Counted from the first letter of the stretch, positions 13,915 to 26,211 are shown. The stretch: 64,000 nt of DNA from Malacoraja senta (GCA_038087875.1 CM076000.1:1364001-1428000), one strand, 5' to 3'. The notes: generated by a model from the letters alone, not told the origin. A program made the numbers and translations.

Positions 13915-14559
13915 GAGCCGTCAGGGTGAGAGCGTGAGAATTTGTCAAAATGCGTGATTCTCCCGCTCAATGCATGAGAGTTGGCAGCCCTGCATTGCAT
14001 TAGTACTGTATCTGCTTCTGATTGGTGTGATTCAACCTTCCATCCGTAGCTTAACAACAAACACTATCTTCTTAATCTGCCAACATATGGACAGTGACAT
14101 GGTAGGGAAGGTTTAGAGGAATATTGGGCAAACGCAGGACGAGTGTAATCGGGGGCAAGTTTAGTTTAATTTATTGTCACATGCACCGAGATACAGTGAA
14201 AAGCTTTGTTGCGTTCTAAACAGTCAACGGAAAGACTACATATGATTACAATGGAGCCATCCACAGTGTACAGCTACACGATAAAGGGAATAACGTGACT
14301 AACATTTCGTGCAAGATAAAGTCCCGTCAAGTCGGATCAAACATAGTCCGAGGGTCTCCAATGAGGTAGATGGTAGCTCAGGATTGTCTTCCTGATGGCC
14401 CGGCCGAAGTTGGGCCGAAGAGCCTGGTTCAGTGCTCTATGACCCTACAACATGTATAATTCTGCTGGGAACAGCAAAGTGTTAGAAACCTATGGGTTTT
14501 TTTTGCAATACACAACCACTCTGTTCACTATTGAAGGGATGGAAACAATCTCTTAAACG

Positions 14560-15300
14560 TTACCCAACTTTGCCGCAGCGTGTTCACGGCTGCATCTATC
14601 AGCACGGTCCAACTATTTCACTTTTACCCCAATTCAACGAGGCTGGGTGTGAAGGGGGCGGGCTGTACCTTGTCCAGCGTGGTGAGGGTGGCCAGGAATC
14701 CCCAGGTGCTGGAGCGGAGCAGGTGGCGGGCGAGCCGGGATTTCCCTTGCTGAGGCTGCTTGGGGGACGACCTTTCCACACTTTGCCCGTCCCTGCGGTA
14801 CGAGAACATCCTGGAGGGGAAGCCGAGCGCTTCTCTGTGACTCGGCATCTCGGCCGCCACGGCCCGGGACTCTCCCTCGCCGTCCCCCCGCCGCCGTGGC
14901 TGCCGCTGCTGGTAGGCGGTGGCGGGGTACGAGGCTTTCCAGATGCTGCCGCCGCTCTGGAAGAGCCTGTTGGGCAGCACATTCCCGTCCTCCTCCTCCT
15001 CGTCGTCGTCCTCAGTAGACACCGTCTCCTCCTGGTTGGTGATGGCCCAGGACACGGAGTTGACGATCACATAGCCGCGGCTGCGGTGCGCCACCCAGGC
15101 CAGCAGCAGCAGCAGGGTAAACAATGACAAGCCGGCCATGTCTCCTGGCCGCTGGTAAACAGCCACTTCAATAAACACCTCTCCACTCCCTTCCCTCTCA
15201 CAGCACCGCTCGACTTCAAAGCACCACCATCTGGCAGCGGCTGCAAGGCGCACTCTCTCGCTTGTCCAGCCTTGTAGTCTTTAATTGGCAGCGCCTCGAA
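14560..15300. promoter_or_regulatory. CpG-island-like region over the CREG2 first exon and promoter
   Basis: Locally high GC and CpG density compared with the AT-rich flanks, overlapping the first coding exon. Confidence 0.6.
14669..15139 (-). CDS. CREG2: CREG2 coding exon 1 (157 codons; signal peptide and N-terminal region); downstream exons not found in window
   Basis: Translation MAGLSLFTLLLLLAWVAHRSRG-YVIVNSVSWAITN...SGGSIWKASYPATAY...RMFSYRRDG...ARHLLRSSTWGFLATLTTLDK matches the recalled CREG2 pattern (GYVIVSSVSWAVTN / SGSIW..SFPASA / MFSYRREG / AR.LAH.S.WG.LAT.ST.KK). It ends in phase 0 at donor AAG|GTACAG (14669/14668) and the exon is CpG-rich. Confidence 0.95.
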
Positions 15301-16269
15301 CTCAAAATCAACAAGAATAACAATTAGAGAACTGTTTTAATAGTCGTAGTCATACAGCACGGAAATAGACACTTCAGCCCAGCTTGCCTATGCCAACCAA
15401 GGTGCTCCATCTATACTAGTCCCACCAGTCCGTGTTTGGCCCATATCCCTCTAAGCTCTTTTTTCTATCCATGTACCTGTCCACATGTCTTTTATATATG
15501 TTATAGTTTCTGCCTCAACTGCGTGCTCTGGCCTCTCATTCCATATACCCATCACCCTCTGTGAGAAATTACATATACTGTGTAGTTGAAATCTTGTTGC
15601 CGTCCTTTACCCTTTAGTTGGCATTCATGCCAATCGATCTAATTGACACCGCCCTGCAAAGAAATCAAAGTTCCATTAGAAAGAGAGTAAGTTTCCTTAA
15701 TCAAAAGGACATGTAAATGCATGGTTAGGAAAGAACTGCACAGATGCTGGTTTAAATCGAAGATAGACACAAAGTGCTGGAGTAACTCAGCGGAACAGGC
15801 AGCATCTCTGGAGAGAAGGAATGGGTGATATTTTGGGTCGAGACAATGTGGCGTGGGTTATTCCTTCCAGGTTAGGTAATATCTTTTTTGGAAATGTAAA
15901 AACAAATAGGATTGAAGTTGATTATGCAGCTGGAGGAAGGGTTGAGATGAATTTAGGGTCGTCAAACCTAGTTTGGAAATATTAACTTTTAAAGTTTATC
16001 GTCACTTTTTCCATTGTGGTTTGTGGTTCAAATATAACATCAATGTCTTTAAATTATTAGATCCAGCAATGATTAAAACTATAATTAAAAAATAGGGACA
16101 TCTCAAGCAATTTCAGCTTACACTTTATCACTAATTTCTGAAGAAGTGCCTAAAGTAGTGGATGTTCGAATGTCTACGGATCCTATTTATTTGGACCATC
16201 AGCGGGCATTAGGTGCCATTGATGATCAAGGAAATGGTCCATTGTTGGCTGTGGGCTCGGTGATAACGA

Positions 16270-16797
16270 GTTATACAGACAATGAAACTCAACAGGACGA
16301 CAGTGAAACTAGTGCGACAACTAAGGTGGGGGAGAGACAGAGAGAGAATGCTAGTGTTGCTTGAAGCTCAAGAAATCAAAATTCATATCGCTGGGTTGTA
16401 AGCTGCCTCAGCAAAATATGAAGTGCTTGTTCCTCCAATTTGCGTTTGGCCTCACTCTGACAATGGAGGAGGCCCAGGACAGAAATGTCAGTATGGGAAG
16501 GGGTTGGGGTCCTTGGACAGAGTCGAGGGAGGAGGTATGGGGACAGGTGTTGCATCTCATGCGGTTGCAGGGGAAGATATAATGGACTGTTTCTTTGATC
16601 ATTGTTACTTTTTTGCATATCATTCATTAATTTGTTCCATATCTCTCGTTTCCCTTCCTCCTATCAGTCTGAAGATGGGTCTTGACCTGAAACATCACCT
16701 ATTCCTTTTCTCCAGAAATGCTGCCTGACCCGCTGAGTTACTCCAGCTTTCTGTGTTTATCTTCGGTTTAAACCAGCATCTGCAGTTCCTTCCTACA
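16270..16797. mobile_element. Penelope-like element remnant (GIY-YIG C-terminus on the - strand plus a pLTR-derived repeat on the + strand)
   Basis: Minus-strand translation HTDISVLGLLHCQSEAKRKLEEQ.. is typical of Penelope GIY-YIG ends, with an adjacent hammerhead-type repeat at about 16668. Confidence 0.75.
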
Positions 16798-17238
16798 CAC
16801 TGTGGGAGAGAAACAGACTTAATAGTTTGGAGTGATGCTCCTATAGCCATGTAACCCCACATTTGAATGGCAGGTGTTCATCCTTCATTGATAGTGAGTG
16901 TTGAAAAAAGTGTTGGAGTATGTCAAAATAAACCCAATCATCTTTAAACCTGACATCCAGCGCTGCACAAGTTCCAGGGACATGAATGATGGTTGATTTT
17001 TCTCCGACGTTGTTGCACTGGCAACTCACTGGACAGTCCATTTACCAAACAGGTTCTAATTTAGTTTGAGTTTAGTTTATTGTCACATGTACCGAGGCAC
17101 AATGAAAAGCTTTTGTTACCTGCTAACCAGTCAGCGGAAAGACAATTCATGATTACAATCGAGCCTTCCATGTTAACAATTAGTCATTATTAAAATAATT
17201 TGAAATAAGAAAGAAGAGTCAAGTTATGTTATGAATTG

Positions 17239-17244
17239 TTTATT
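17239..17244 (-). terminator. Candidate RFX8 polyadenylation signal AATAAA
   Basis: tttatt on the + strand about 420 nt downstream of the RFX8 stop, in AT-rich 3' UTR-like sequence. Confidence 0.35.
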
Positions 17245-17662
17245 ATGTTCCTTCAATTAACATGCTAATATACAAAATCATTTCATTTACACTCAGCTTT
17301 TGATTTTGAATAAACCTTGTATTTGAAAATTATATTTATGGCCAGTGGATGACTGCTTGTATAATTGATTTTTCATTCTGAATCACAGAAATCTGAATTT
17401 CATTGCAATGTCTTCTCCTCCCCACCCTGATTCTCCAAACCAAAGTTCTATTTCTGATCAAACAAGCAAACAATTGTAAATTATACTACATAAAGTCGAC
17501 AATATATATATATATATTTAAAGTTAATTCTCTAGAAATGGTTACACTCACACCTTAGTGTAAGATATTACCAAATCACAGCATTTCTGTGCAAATCTTC
17601 CTGCAGCAATGCTATTTCGGGTTTTTTGAACATCTTCATTGTATGTAATGTGAACTAGTCAT

Positions 17663-17821
17663 TCATATCTGCATGTCACTAGCAACCTGTTGCGGCATCA
17701 TAGATGTGTGGATTTCAAATGTCTGACCATTCTTTAAAGTGACAACTGCTTTCTTCCCTAATGACAGATTCAGCTCAAGGGTACTTTTACTTGGCTCATC
17801 TTCAACCAAAACTTGAATTAT
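17663..17821 (-). CDS. RFX8: RFX8 terminal coding exon (IIQVLVEDEPSKSTLELNLSLGKKAVVTLKNGQTFEIH...MQI*)
   Basis: Acceptor TTCTTACAG|ATA, phase 0, stop TGA at 17665-17663. Resembles the human RFX8 C-terminus LIQVLLEDE...LSLPMGQEALITLKDGQQFVI. Confidence 0.92.
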   Translation of the reverse strand: MIQVLVEDEPSKSTLELNLSLGKKAVVTLKNGQTFEIHTSMMPQQVASDMQI

Positions 17822-18104
17822 CTGTAAGAAATAATCACAAGCTTTAAAGCATCTTAACATTTTAAACGTTCTACAGATAATTATTAACAATGACAGGAGA
17901 ATAAATTATGCTTTTCTATCACTATCAATTAGACAGTAAGATATTTCTACATTGGCTGTACATCGCTGAACAGCAACTTCTGATTTTTTGTAATGAACTG
18001 CATGTGTTCATTCAACAAAAGTGACTGTCCAATATAGAGTAGTGTTACCCTTAAAGTTATTTTCACCACAGAATTTAGTCCTTTATGAATCAGACTAAAG
18101 TTAC

Positions 18105-18373
18105 CTTGTTGCCAGTCAAAGTATCAATTTGGAGTCCCAAAGGCTTGATGGTGATACCTTGCAGATTAAGGTCTTTGTCACTTATTTGTTCTGGTTTAAC
18201 ATGAAGGGATTCTGATGGTGCTGCAATTTTTTCAGGGTCCTGAATTGCGCCATGTGATGGCTGATCTATGCCTTCTGGTACTGGTACTGACTTTTCCATC
18301 TCCTCTTCCATGTAGGACTGGAGTACATGAGTCAGGTACTCAGAAATGAGAAGGTTCACCAAGTGCCAAGAAC
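18105..18373 (-). CDS. RFX8: RFX8 penultimate coding exon (GSWHLVNLLISEYLTHVLQSYMEEE...LGLQIDTLTGNK)
   Basis: Acceptor CCAATAG|GT (phase 1), donor AAG|GTAACT (phase 0). Carries the RFX dimerization-domain GSWHL motif. Confidence 0.93.
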
Positions 18374-18619
18374 CTATTGGACAAGTATCAGATTCTTTAG
18401 AAAAATGCACATCTCCATATCTCATTCCATAGATTGTTAAATAAAATTGTGATTCATTTTTAGTCTAAATATAAATACATATTAAAACATTTTGTTGAAA
18501 TTAGAGTTGTTTTTTTATACAAAAAGTCTTGCATTTTTTTCTAAACAATGGTAATTGTAATTGCTGAGCTTTTTAAATTCGCAATGGTTTAAAAATATTG
18601 AGATATTTATCATATAAGG

Positions 18620-19050
18620 AGAGTAGAGGTTGGACAAATTTGGATTGTTTTCTCTGGTGTGCAGAGGCTGAGGGGAGACTTGATAGAAGCATATAATATC
18701 ATGAGAGGACTAGATAGGATAGGCAGTCAGAATCTTTCTCGCAGGGCGGAAATGTCGAAGACTAGATGGCATAGCTTTAAGTGAGAGTGGCAATGTTTAA
18801 AAGAGATATACAGGGCACGTATTTTTACACAGAGAGTGGTGGGTGCCTGGAACACACGATGGTGGCAGGCACGATAGAGGTATTTAAGAGGCTTTTAGAA
18901 AGGCACATGGATATGCAGGAAATGGAGGGTTATGGATGGGATACAGACAAAGAACATTAGTTTAACTTGGCATTGTGTTTGGCATAGTCATTGTGGGCAT
19001 GAAGGCCTGTACAATGTGTGGTATTGTTCCATATTCTATATTCTATGCAT
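18620..19050 (+). mobile_element. Old CR1 3' fragment (similar minus-strand fragments at about 15345-15570, 23460-23690, 25130-25490, 41120-41570)
   Basis: Motifs aggctgaggggagacttgatagaag, tttttacacagagagtggtgggtgcctggaac and gaaggcctgt. Confidence 0.75.
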
Positions 19051-19482
19051 GATAAAATACAGGAACGCTATTTTTGAGACAAATTGTAGCTTGGAAGCTT
19101 CTAGTGGCACAGTGACAGAGTGCTGCCTTACAGCGCCAGAGACCTGGGATCAATCCTGATTGAGGGTGCTGTCTCTATGGAGTGTATGTTCCCCATGTGG
19201 GATTTCTCCAGGTGCTCTGGTTTCCTCCCACATTCCAAAGACATACAGGTTTGTAGGTTCATTGGCTTCGGTAAAAAAAATTGTAAATTGTCCCTGGAGT
19301 GTAGGATGGTGTTCGTGTACGGGGTGATCCCGGGTTGGCGCCGACTCGGTGTGCTGAAGGGCCTGTTTCCGCGCTGTTTCTCTAAAGTCTAAAGTTCTAA
19401 TTTAAAAAATATATATTTCTCGTTACTCTGCATTTATAAGTCATGAACATGCTCGAGCATAGGTATTTGCAGCATGTCTTAC

Positions 19483-19600
19483 CGAAGGATTCTGCATTTG
19501 ACAATGTTAAAGCACGACTTATCGCAGAGAAAAAATAGTTCCATCTCAGCTGGAAATTTGCAGCTAATTGTGTAAACTCTTCTTCCTTGAAGATGCTGGG
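19483..19600 (-). CDS. RFX8: RFX8 exon (PSIFKEEEFTQLAANFQLRWNYFFSAISRALTLSNAESFG)
   Basis: Acceptor TTTCAG|CCC, donor TTCG|GTAAGA. Matches RFX8 KEEF.KLAA.FQLRWN...A.S.A.TL...SFG. Confidence 0.95.
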
Positions 19601-19824
19601 CTGAAATATGAAGTACATTCATCATTGTGTTGCTGAATTCTTGGACCGAGTTGCTTGAAAAAGTAACATCTTTTTATTAATGGAATGGGTGATAAACCAT
19701 ACAATATTTACATTCAAATGCTCAGTTATAAGCGACTAAAGCAAAGTTATAAGGCCAATATAAACCTTCACCAAAGAAATGGGAATAGGATCATGACAAA
19801 TAACTCACGTGGCAAATAACTCAC

Positions 19825-19919
19825 CTGAAATACAAAGTGATGCACCAGAGTTGAAACGCATTGAAAGTAAGCTCTAATATCAGCAGCAGAATCCAGTAAA
19901 GCTAATAAACTATCAAAAC
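19825..19919 (-). CDS. RFX8: RFX8 exon (CFDSLLALLDSAADIRAYFQCVSTLVHHFVFQ)
   Basis: Acceptor CTCGCAG|GT (phase 1), donor CAG|GTGAGT (phase 0). The frame joins both neighbours. Confidence 0.9.
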
Positions 19920-20359
19920 CTGCGAGAAGAAGAAATTACAGCAGACTGTTCAGACTTGCATTTTATTTTCTGACGTGAAAGTAAATGCTTTTCAAGAACT
20001 GATTTATGGATTTAAAATATCCATGTTATAAACCAGAGCAGATAGCACCGCTATGTGTGTCTATTGTCAATTATTACCGGCAGCAAACTGACTTTTCAGT
20101 GCAATTACCATACAAAAAAAAGTGCGTCGCAGTGAACTGAAATCAAATTAGCAGAGATTTCAGAAATTCTAGAATTCTTGAATAAATGAAAACGATTGGT
20201 CTTGATATTAAGTTTTACACTTTTGTTACCTTTAGCTGCACATTCTAAGAAATTGCAAGTTACCTATTTTTGCACTTTTATTGAGGTGGTGTGCAGAGGG
20301 TTATCAACCATTTTCTTTCAAGGTCCACTACTGTAATATTTATTTTTTGACATCCAAAG

Positions 20360-20820
20360 CAAGGGTCAAGAGTCAAAAGTCAAGAATCAATAGTGTTTTA
20401 TTGCCATATATATCGAAAAGGAACGTTTGAAATTCTCACTTACAGCAACACAACAGCTTTGCCAACACAGTCTCAATAGATAATATAATAAACATATATT
20501 AAAAAGTTCAATCAACAATTTGTGCAGAAAACAAGACAAAGTCCGAAGTCCCTAGTGCAATCAAGGCAGTTTGTTGTTTGGAGTTTAATTGGAATTTGTG
20601 GCATTTAATAGCCCAATGGTAGTTGGGAAGAAGTTGTTCCTGAACCTGAATGTTACAGTTTTCAGGCTCTTTACCTTCTTCCCGATGGCAGGAGTGAAAT
20701 GAGAGTGTGACCAGGGTGGGTGTGGGTCCTGGCTGGTTGATGATGCTGGCTGCATTTTTGAGCAATGCCTCCTGTGGACCTCTTCGACATTTGGGGAGGT
20801 CAGTACCAGCGACGCAATGC
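20360..20820 (-). mobile_element. Rex1/Babar- or L2-like LINE 3' fragment
   Basis: Minus-strand remnants of L.PSGR...SLKT.T.RFRN.FFPT.I.LLN and a (TCTTGAC)-like tail. Confidence 0.6.
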
Positions 20821-21134
20821 ATACCGCAGGTTTTAAAGGGAGCGTACCAAGGAAATCCAATCTGGTCACAAGGGTTTGGAGTATGTTGACGAAAACAGAG
20901 TAGGAAGGAAGGATTAGAGTGAAGATCAGCAGAGGCAAATCAGTAGTGGGGTCAGGTTTTAGAAGGGGAGAGAGATGGCAAATCAGTGGTAGAAATACTG
21001 GACACATTTAATTTAGAGCATGGAAATAGGCCCTTTGGCTCACTGAGACCATGCCAATTATCAATCACCCATACACACTAGTTTCTATACTGTCCCACAT
21101 TCACATCCACTCCCTACACACTAGGGTCAATTTG

Positions 21135-22304
21135 TTTAAAACATTTTTTTTTTTTAAATTAGAAGCAAGTGTACAAAAATATAACCAGCGGCATATGACA
21201 TAATACAGTTATTGTACAGCTTCAATTTTGACTTTTAGCTATAGTTAAGAGAAAAGAAGAGAGAAAAAGCAAGAGAGAGAAAAAGTGGAATGTGCAAGGA
21301 TAGAATCCCTAGACTACCAAAGTGGTGAAGCCAATGAGTGAGTAAGTAAAAGAAATAAGGAAGACATAGAGAAATAAAGAGACAAAAACAGAAAGAAAAA
21401 AAGTGATGATATACCTGCCTCGCATCCCTCCCCACCCATCACCCAACCTGTAATTCGATTTAACTCCAAAGTTGTGTTGCACCATACTATCCTTGTAATA
21501 AATCAATGAATGGTGTCCATGTCTTCGAAAAATGCTCGGGTTTTTCTGCTAAGGCAAGTCTAATATTTTCAAGATGTAGCGTCTCAGACATGTTTGTAAT
21601 CCACATTTTAAGAGTAGGGACATATGTATGTTTCCAAAATTTGAGTATTCGTTTTTTCGCCGTTATCAGGCCATAATTGAGGCAACGTCTTTGAAATAAT
21701 TATAGCTCAAAGCAGGCTTCTGACGTACCTAGAATAATCAATTCCGTGTCGGGGTCCAATTTTGTTTTTAGTGTTTTTGAGAGAATTTCAAAAATCCCTC
21801 TCCAAAAAGTATGTAATTTTATGCAAGAGGCGAAGGAATGTGTTATAGTTGCTTCCTGAAGGAGACATTTATCACAAATAGGAGATACATTTGGAAAGAT
21901 CTTATTCAGTTTAGACTTTGAATAGTAGAGTCTATGCAGTATTTTAAATTGAATTAACGAATGTCTATAGTTAATCGAACAAGTGTGTATATATAAAAGG
22001 TTTTCTTCCCATCTGTCTTTTAGAATTTTTAGGCCTAGTTCCTCTTCCCAGGCTCTTCTAATTGCTTCTGACGATGGGATTTCTATATTTAAAAGGGTGT
22101 TACACAAATATGATGTTAACTTGTTTGACTCTGAATTTCTAGTCATACATTCGTCTAGTATATCTGGCAGCAAAGTTTGGTAGTCTTGGGTATATGTTTT
22201 CAGATAGTCTCAAATTTGAAGATATCTGAAATATTGATTACCTTTCAGGTGATATTTCGACTGTAATTCTTGAAATGAGAAAAGAGTTCCCATCTCATAA
22301 AGAT
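21135..22304 (-). mobile_element. 5'-truncated L1 (ORF2 C-terminus, 3' UTR, poly(A)) inserted into a SINE
   Basis: ORF 21700-22173 is homologous to the C-terminus of the 27100-30891 ORF2 (QFKILHRLYYSK..CDKC..EAT..HSF..C). Poly(T) at about 21144-21155 and 14-bp TSD CTAGGGTCAATTTG at 21121-21134 and 22305-22318. The host SINE continues at about 21010-21134 and 22319-22460. Confidence 0.9.
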
Positions 22305-24154
22305 CTAGGGTCAATTTGGTAAGACCAATTAACCTACAAATTAACAAGAGCACCCAAAGGAAACAGAGTCACGGGAAGAATGTGCAAACTCCACATAGAG
22401 AGCAGTTCACACAGGATTGAACTTGGATCTCTGGCACTGTGAGGCAGCAGCTCTACCGAATGCTTCCATAAGCATGGTGTTGCATAAACTGGAGTTGAAG
22501 ATGGAGTCCAGGGGACTGCCTTTGCTGGCAGACCCCTTTTAAGCGTCTCAAAGATAAAAGCCTCACAAGTGTTGTGAAAGCCCCTCTCTACATGAATGAC
22601 CGGCACCATCTGCCAATCAGGCAAGTCTGGGATGCAAATAAAATGGATGAAAGTCCATACTTTTCATTGAAAATGATTTTTCCTTGAAAATGAATTGCAT
22701 AGTGGATAAAAAGAAGAACCTGCGCAATCCAATTTCTCAATGCCTTAAAATTTCTTCAAGTTTTTAATATGCAGAGAGAATATATAGTGTTCTCTTGACA
22801 CTGGTGCAGCACGTTAAATCATTTTTCAGGCCCATTGTCAATAAGCAGCATTTATTTCCACTTCAGAGAAAATGGAAATATGATTGGCAGGGGGTCAGAT
22901 CAATGGTTTGCAGTGTTTAAGCTCAATGTTATATCAGAAAGATGTGGCATAAAAATCAACTTTAGCTGTATTGTGGTTTGAAATATTTTTGCTATTATTT
23001 TGTAGCTGTGTTCATATTACTATAATTATTCTAAATCACGTTTGAAAAAATAGCTTACCCATGGTTAGCTTCTCTGGTCCTATATGGTCAACTTTTACTT
23101 TGAATGCAACACTGAATGCAAGCTGTACATGAACCATTGGATATTTCTTTCTGATCTGCCACAGAACCACTGATTCAGGCCAAGCAGTTGCGGCACACTT
23201 ACCAATTCAAATATTATGCAACAAAAGCCTACACCGCCCATTCATCAGCTCTCTTTTCCGCCTCACACTCAGAATATCAAGCTCTGCTGTAAAGGATCAA
23301 CTAAAGGATGGACCTGATGCCCAGCATTAAGCTACCAGAGGACTTCTCCACCTGGTAAAGCTCACAACATGCATGCACTCCGAGTTGTATCCCGACATCC
23401 TTTGTTAAATCAGTGTGATACTGATAAATTGCTCAGGTGTGAATACAAAAGTAGAATCATGTTCATAAGTGATAGGAGCAGAATTAGACCATTTGGCTCA
23501 TCAAGTCTATTCTGCCGTGCAATCATGGCAAATCTATATTTCTCTCTTAACCCCATTCTCCTGCTTTCTCCCCATAACCCCTGACACCTGTACGAATCAA
23601 GAATCTATCTATCTCTGCCTTAAAAATATCCATAGACGGCCTCCACAGCCTTCTGTGGCAATGAATTCCACAGATTCACCACCCTCTGACTATAATCAAT
23701 ATCTACTGCTATTAAAACAACCTGTGAATAGCACATCTAGTAACCACATTCTGCACAATATCTGAACCTACAGTATAATCTTCTGACTCAAGTACAAGAG
23801 CAATGCCAACTGATCCAACATTGTGACTTATTTTCCTGCAGGTCACTCTCAAACACAATGTGTTAAGTTTCCCATGCTGCTGCTCTAAACAATGGTCAAT
23901 ATTTTAAAAAAATCAATCTTACAATATCACTGTGCTACTAGCAACCCAAGTTCAAATTTCATATCCTAAACTTTTATTTGCATTAAAGAGCAATCAACCA
24001 GCAAGTAACAAATGCTGGAGGAATTGATCTTGAGCAAACAACAAAGTTCTGTAGGAACTTATCTTAAGCCGATTACAAAGTGCAGGAGAAACTCAGGAAG
24101 ATCGGTGGAGAGAATGGGCAAACAACTTTTCAGGTCAGCCACTTCTCCAGACTG

Positions 24155-24490
24155 AAAGGAGGAGACAGTGAAGACGCAGTGATGGGAGACAATGAGTAGA
24201 CAGAGACTGAAGCAGTGAGGAGACACTGAATGAGGCAGTGGAGAGGTAGTGATAGGGGCAGTGAGGAGACAGTGAATGAGGCAGTGGAGAGGTAGTGATG
24301 GGAGCAGTGAGGAGACAGTGAATGAGGCAGTGGAGAGGTAGTGATAGGGGCAGTGAGGAGACAGTGAAGAAACTGACTGAAGTAGTGACTGGAGCAGCGA
24401 GGAGACTGACTGAAACAGTGAGGAGACAGTGACTGAAACAGTGAGGAGACAGTGACTGAGGCAATGAGGAGACAGTGTTTGGAAGCAGTG
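24155..24490. repeat. Purine-rich minisatellite built on (GCAGTGAGGAGACAGTGA) units, with a 44-bp higher-order period
   Basis: Repeated gaggagacagtgaatgaggcagtggagaggtagtgat. Confidence 0.85.
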
Positions 24491-25654
24491 AAGTGCTGGA
24501 GGTGAAAACCTCAGAGTGGTGTGAGAGGAGCAGCAAGGAAATGGTGAGTGATGCAGAAAAACTCTAAACATGAATGAAAAGATCTGTGTCTGCACATGTA
24601 CTTAGATAAAATATTTCCCTTGGGCGTGATTTGTATTGTGTATCTGAATCTACTTGCCTTAGTCAACAGTCATTTGTGCACAGGCAATGGGAGGGATCCA
24701 GTTTTATGAATATTTTTGTTCCAGTCTTGTGAAGTAGGTGATGGATGTCATTCATCACCTACAACTTGATTTATAATGGCTATGTAATCTCCACACAGCT
24801 GCACCATTGTGTCTGCCTTTGGCACAATACGATCTGTGTGGCCCGCCCTGATCAGTTTTCAGAAATATACCATTTAGTTAACCATAGGCTGACTTTGTAT
24901 CTAGTCTATCATGAATCTGCATATTGCGCCTTTCGAACAATGCATCATGATGAGTCTTTGACACGCCAGTGTGCAAAACCAACCTTACAAACTGTCATGA
25001 GTTTACCCAGCCAGTGTTTTTTCATTAAACTTGATCAATATTCACAGTATGCTACAATGATGGGTAGCTGTGCTTGTTGTCTGGTGTGTTGCACTGTGCA
25101 GTCCATTTACCAGAATAGATATTTCATTTAGTCATAGAGTCATACAGCGTTGAAACAGGCCCTTCGGCCCTACTTGCCCTCACTGTCCAACATGTCCCAT
25201 TACACTAGTCCCACTTGCCCGCATTTGGCCCATATCCCTATAAACCTGTCCTATCTATGTAGCTGTCTAAATGATTTTTAAACATTGCAATAGTACCTGG
25301 CTCAACTACCTCCTCTGGCAGCTCGTTCCATGCACCCATCACCCTTTGTGTAAAAAAGTTCCTAATAGGTTCCTATTAAATCATTCCCCCTTCACCTTAA
25401 ACCTATGTCCTCTGGTTCTCGATTCCTCTGCTCTGGGCAAGAGAATGTGCGTCTGCCCAATCTATTCCTCTCATGATTTTGGTAGTGATTTCCAACAATG
25501 ATATTTGTCTGAACTTTCTTGAACAGGTGTCTTGGCTCTGGTGACATCATTTTGATTGGTATTGTTTCTTGTAGAATTGCTATGATATAATACCAGTTTC
25601 TCATTGTCAGAATGTAACTGCAAACAATGAAGTTTTCTGCTGTCATTTTGAAGA

Positions 25655-26091
25655 AATAAGGAACTGCAGATATTGGTTAATGGACAAAAGGATACAGTGC
25701 TGGAGTAAATCAGGAGGTCAGGCAGTATCTCTGGAGAACATGGATAGGTAGCATTTTGGGTCGAGACCCTTCTTCGGACTAATTGTAGAGGGGGAGAAGA
25801 AAGCTGGAAGAGCAGAGAAGCTGGATAAAGGTTGGCAGGTAACAGGTGGACACAAGTGAGGGGGCGGGGGGGGGGGGGGAGGTTGACTGGAAGATGGTCG
25901 GAAAAAAAGGCCAGAGATAAAAGCAGGTGTGAAATAGGATTGAAGAATTGCGAATTGTGAAGCCAGAGGGAGGAAAGTAGCGGGGGGGGGGGGGGGCAGA
26001 GGTGAGTAGGTGGGCATTCAGGTGTGACATAAAGGAGGAGAGTTAGTTAGAGGTTACCTAAAATTGGAGAATTCAATGTTTATACTGCTGG
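25655..26091 (-). mobile_element. Penelope-like element 3'/pLTR remnant
   Basis: Contains the same hammerhead-type repeat on the - strand, plus the end of the GIY-YIG ORF (cccagcagtataaacattgaattctccaattttaggtaa). Confidence 0.7.
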
Positions 26092-26211
26092 GTATACTGC
26101 CATTTGAATTGCCACTTAAATGTTTTTGTTACACGCTGACTAAGATTTTTGTTACATGTTGACCTACAGGCAGTGAAACTGGGATGTTCATTTAGCTTCT
26201 CAAACATATGG

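Larger units (their letters stand above)
8525..13992. mobile_element. hAT-like non-autonomous element (about 8525-8854 plus 13915-13992) interrupted by the nested CR1 block
   Basis: The right end reads GTTGGCAGCCCTG (reverse complement CAGGGCTGCCAAC, a hAT-type TIR) and the gcgtgagaa/gcatgagaa subterminal motifs occur on both sides of the CR1 block. Left TIR and TSD were not identified. Confidence 0.45.

Noticed and set aside
1..14668. Search for CREG2 exons 2-4 (G.PFG..SDG..NSTG.P.FY; DPEDPRC; RHP.M..WP)
   Set aside because: Not found. Donor-like sites at about 4520 and 7955 have no CREG-like frame, so the exons presumably lie outside the window.
14492..15127. 211-aa plus-strand ORF
   Set aside because: Antisense shadow of the GC-rich CREG2 exon with no recognisable motif.
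15140..15253. 38-codon in-frame upstream extension of CREG2 given by the ORF track
   Set aside because: It starts at GTG. The ATG at 15139 directly precedes a signal peptide and fits CREG2 homology.
23050..23200. Strong minus-strand donor motifs (GG|GTAAGC, TG|GTAAGT)
   Set aside because: The RFX8 frame is already complete across this intron and there is no homologous coding sequence.
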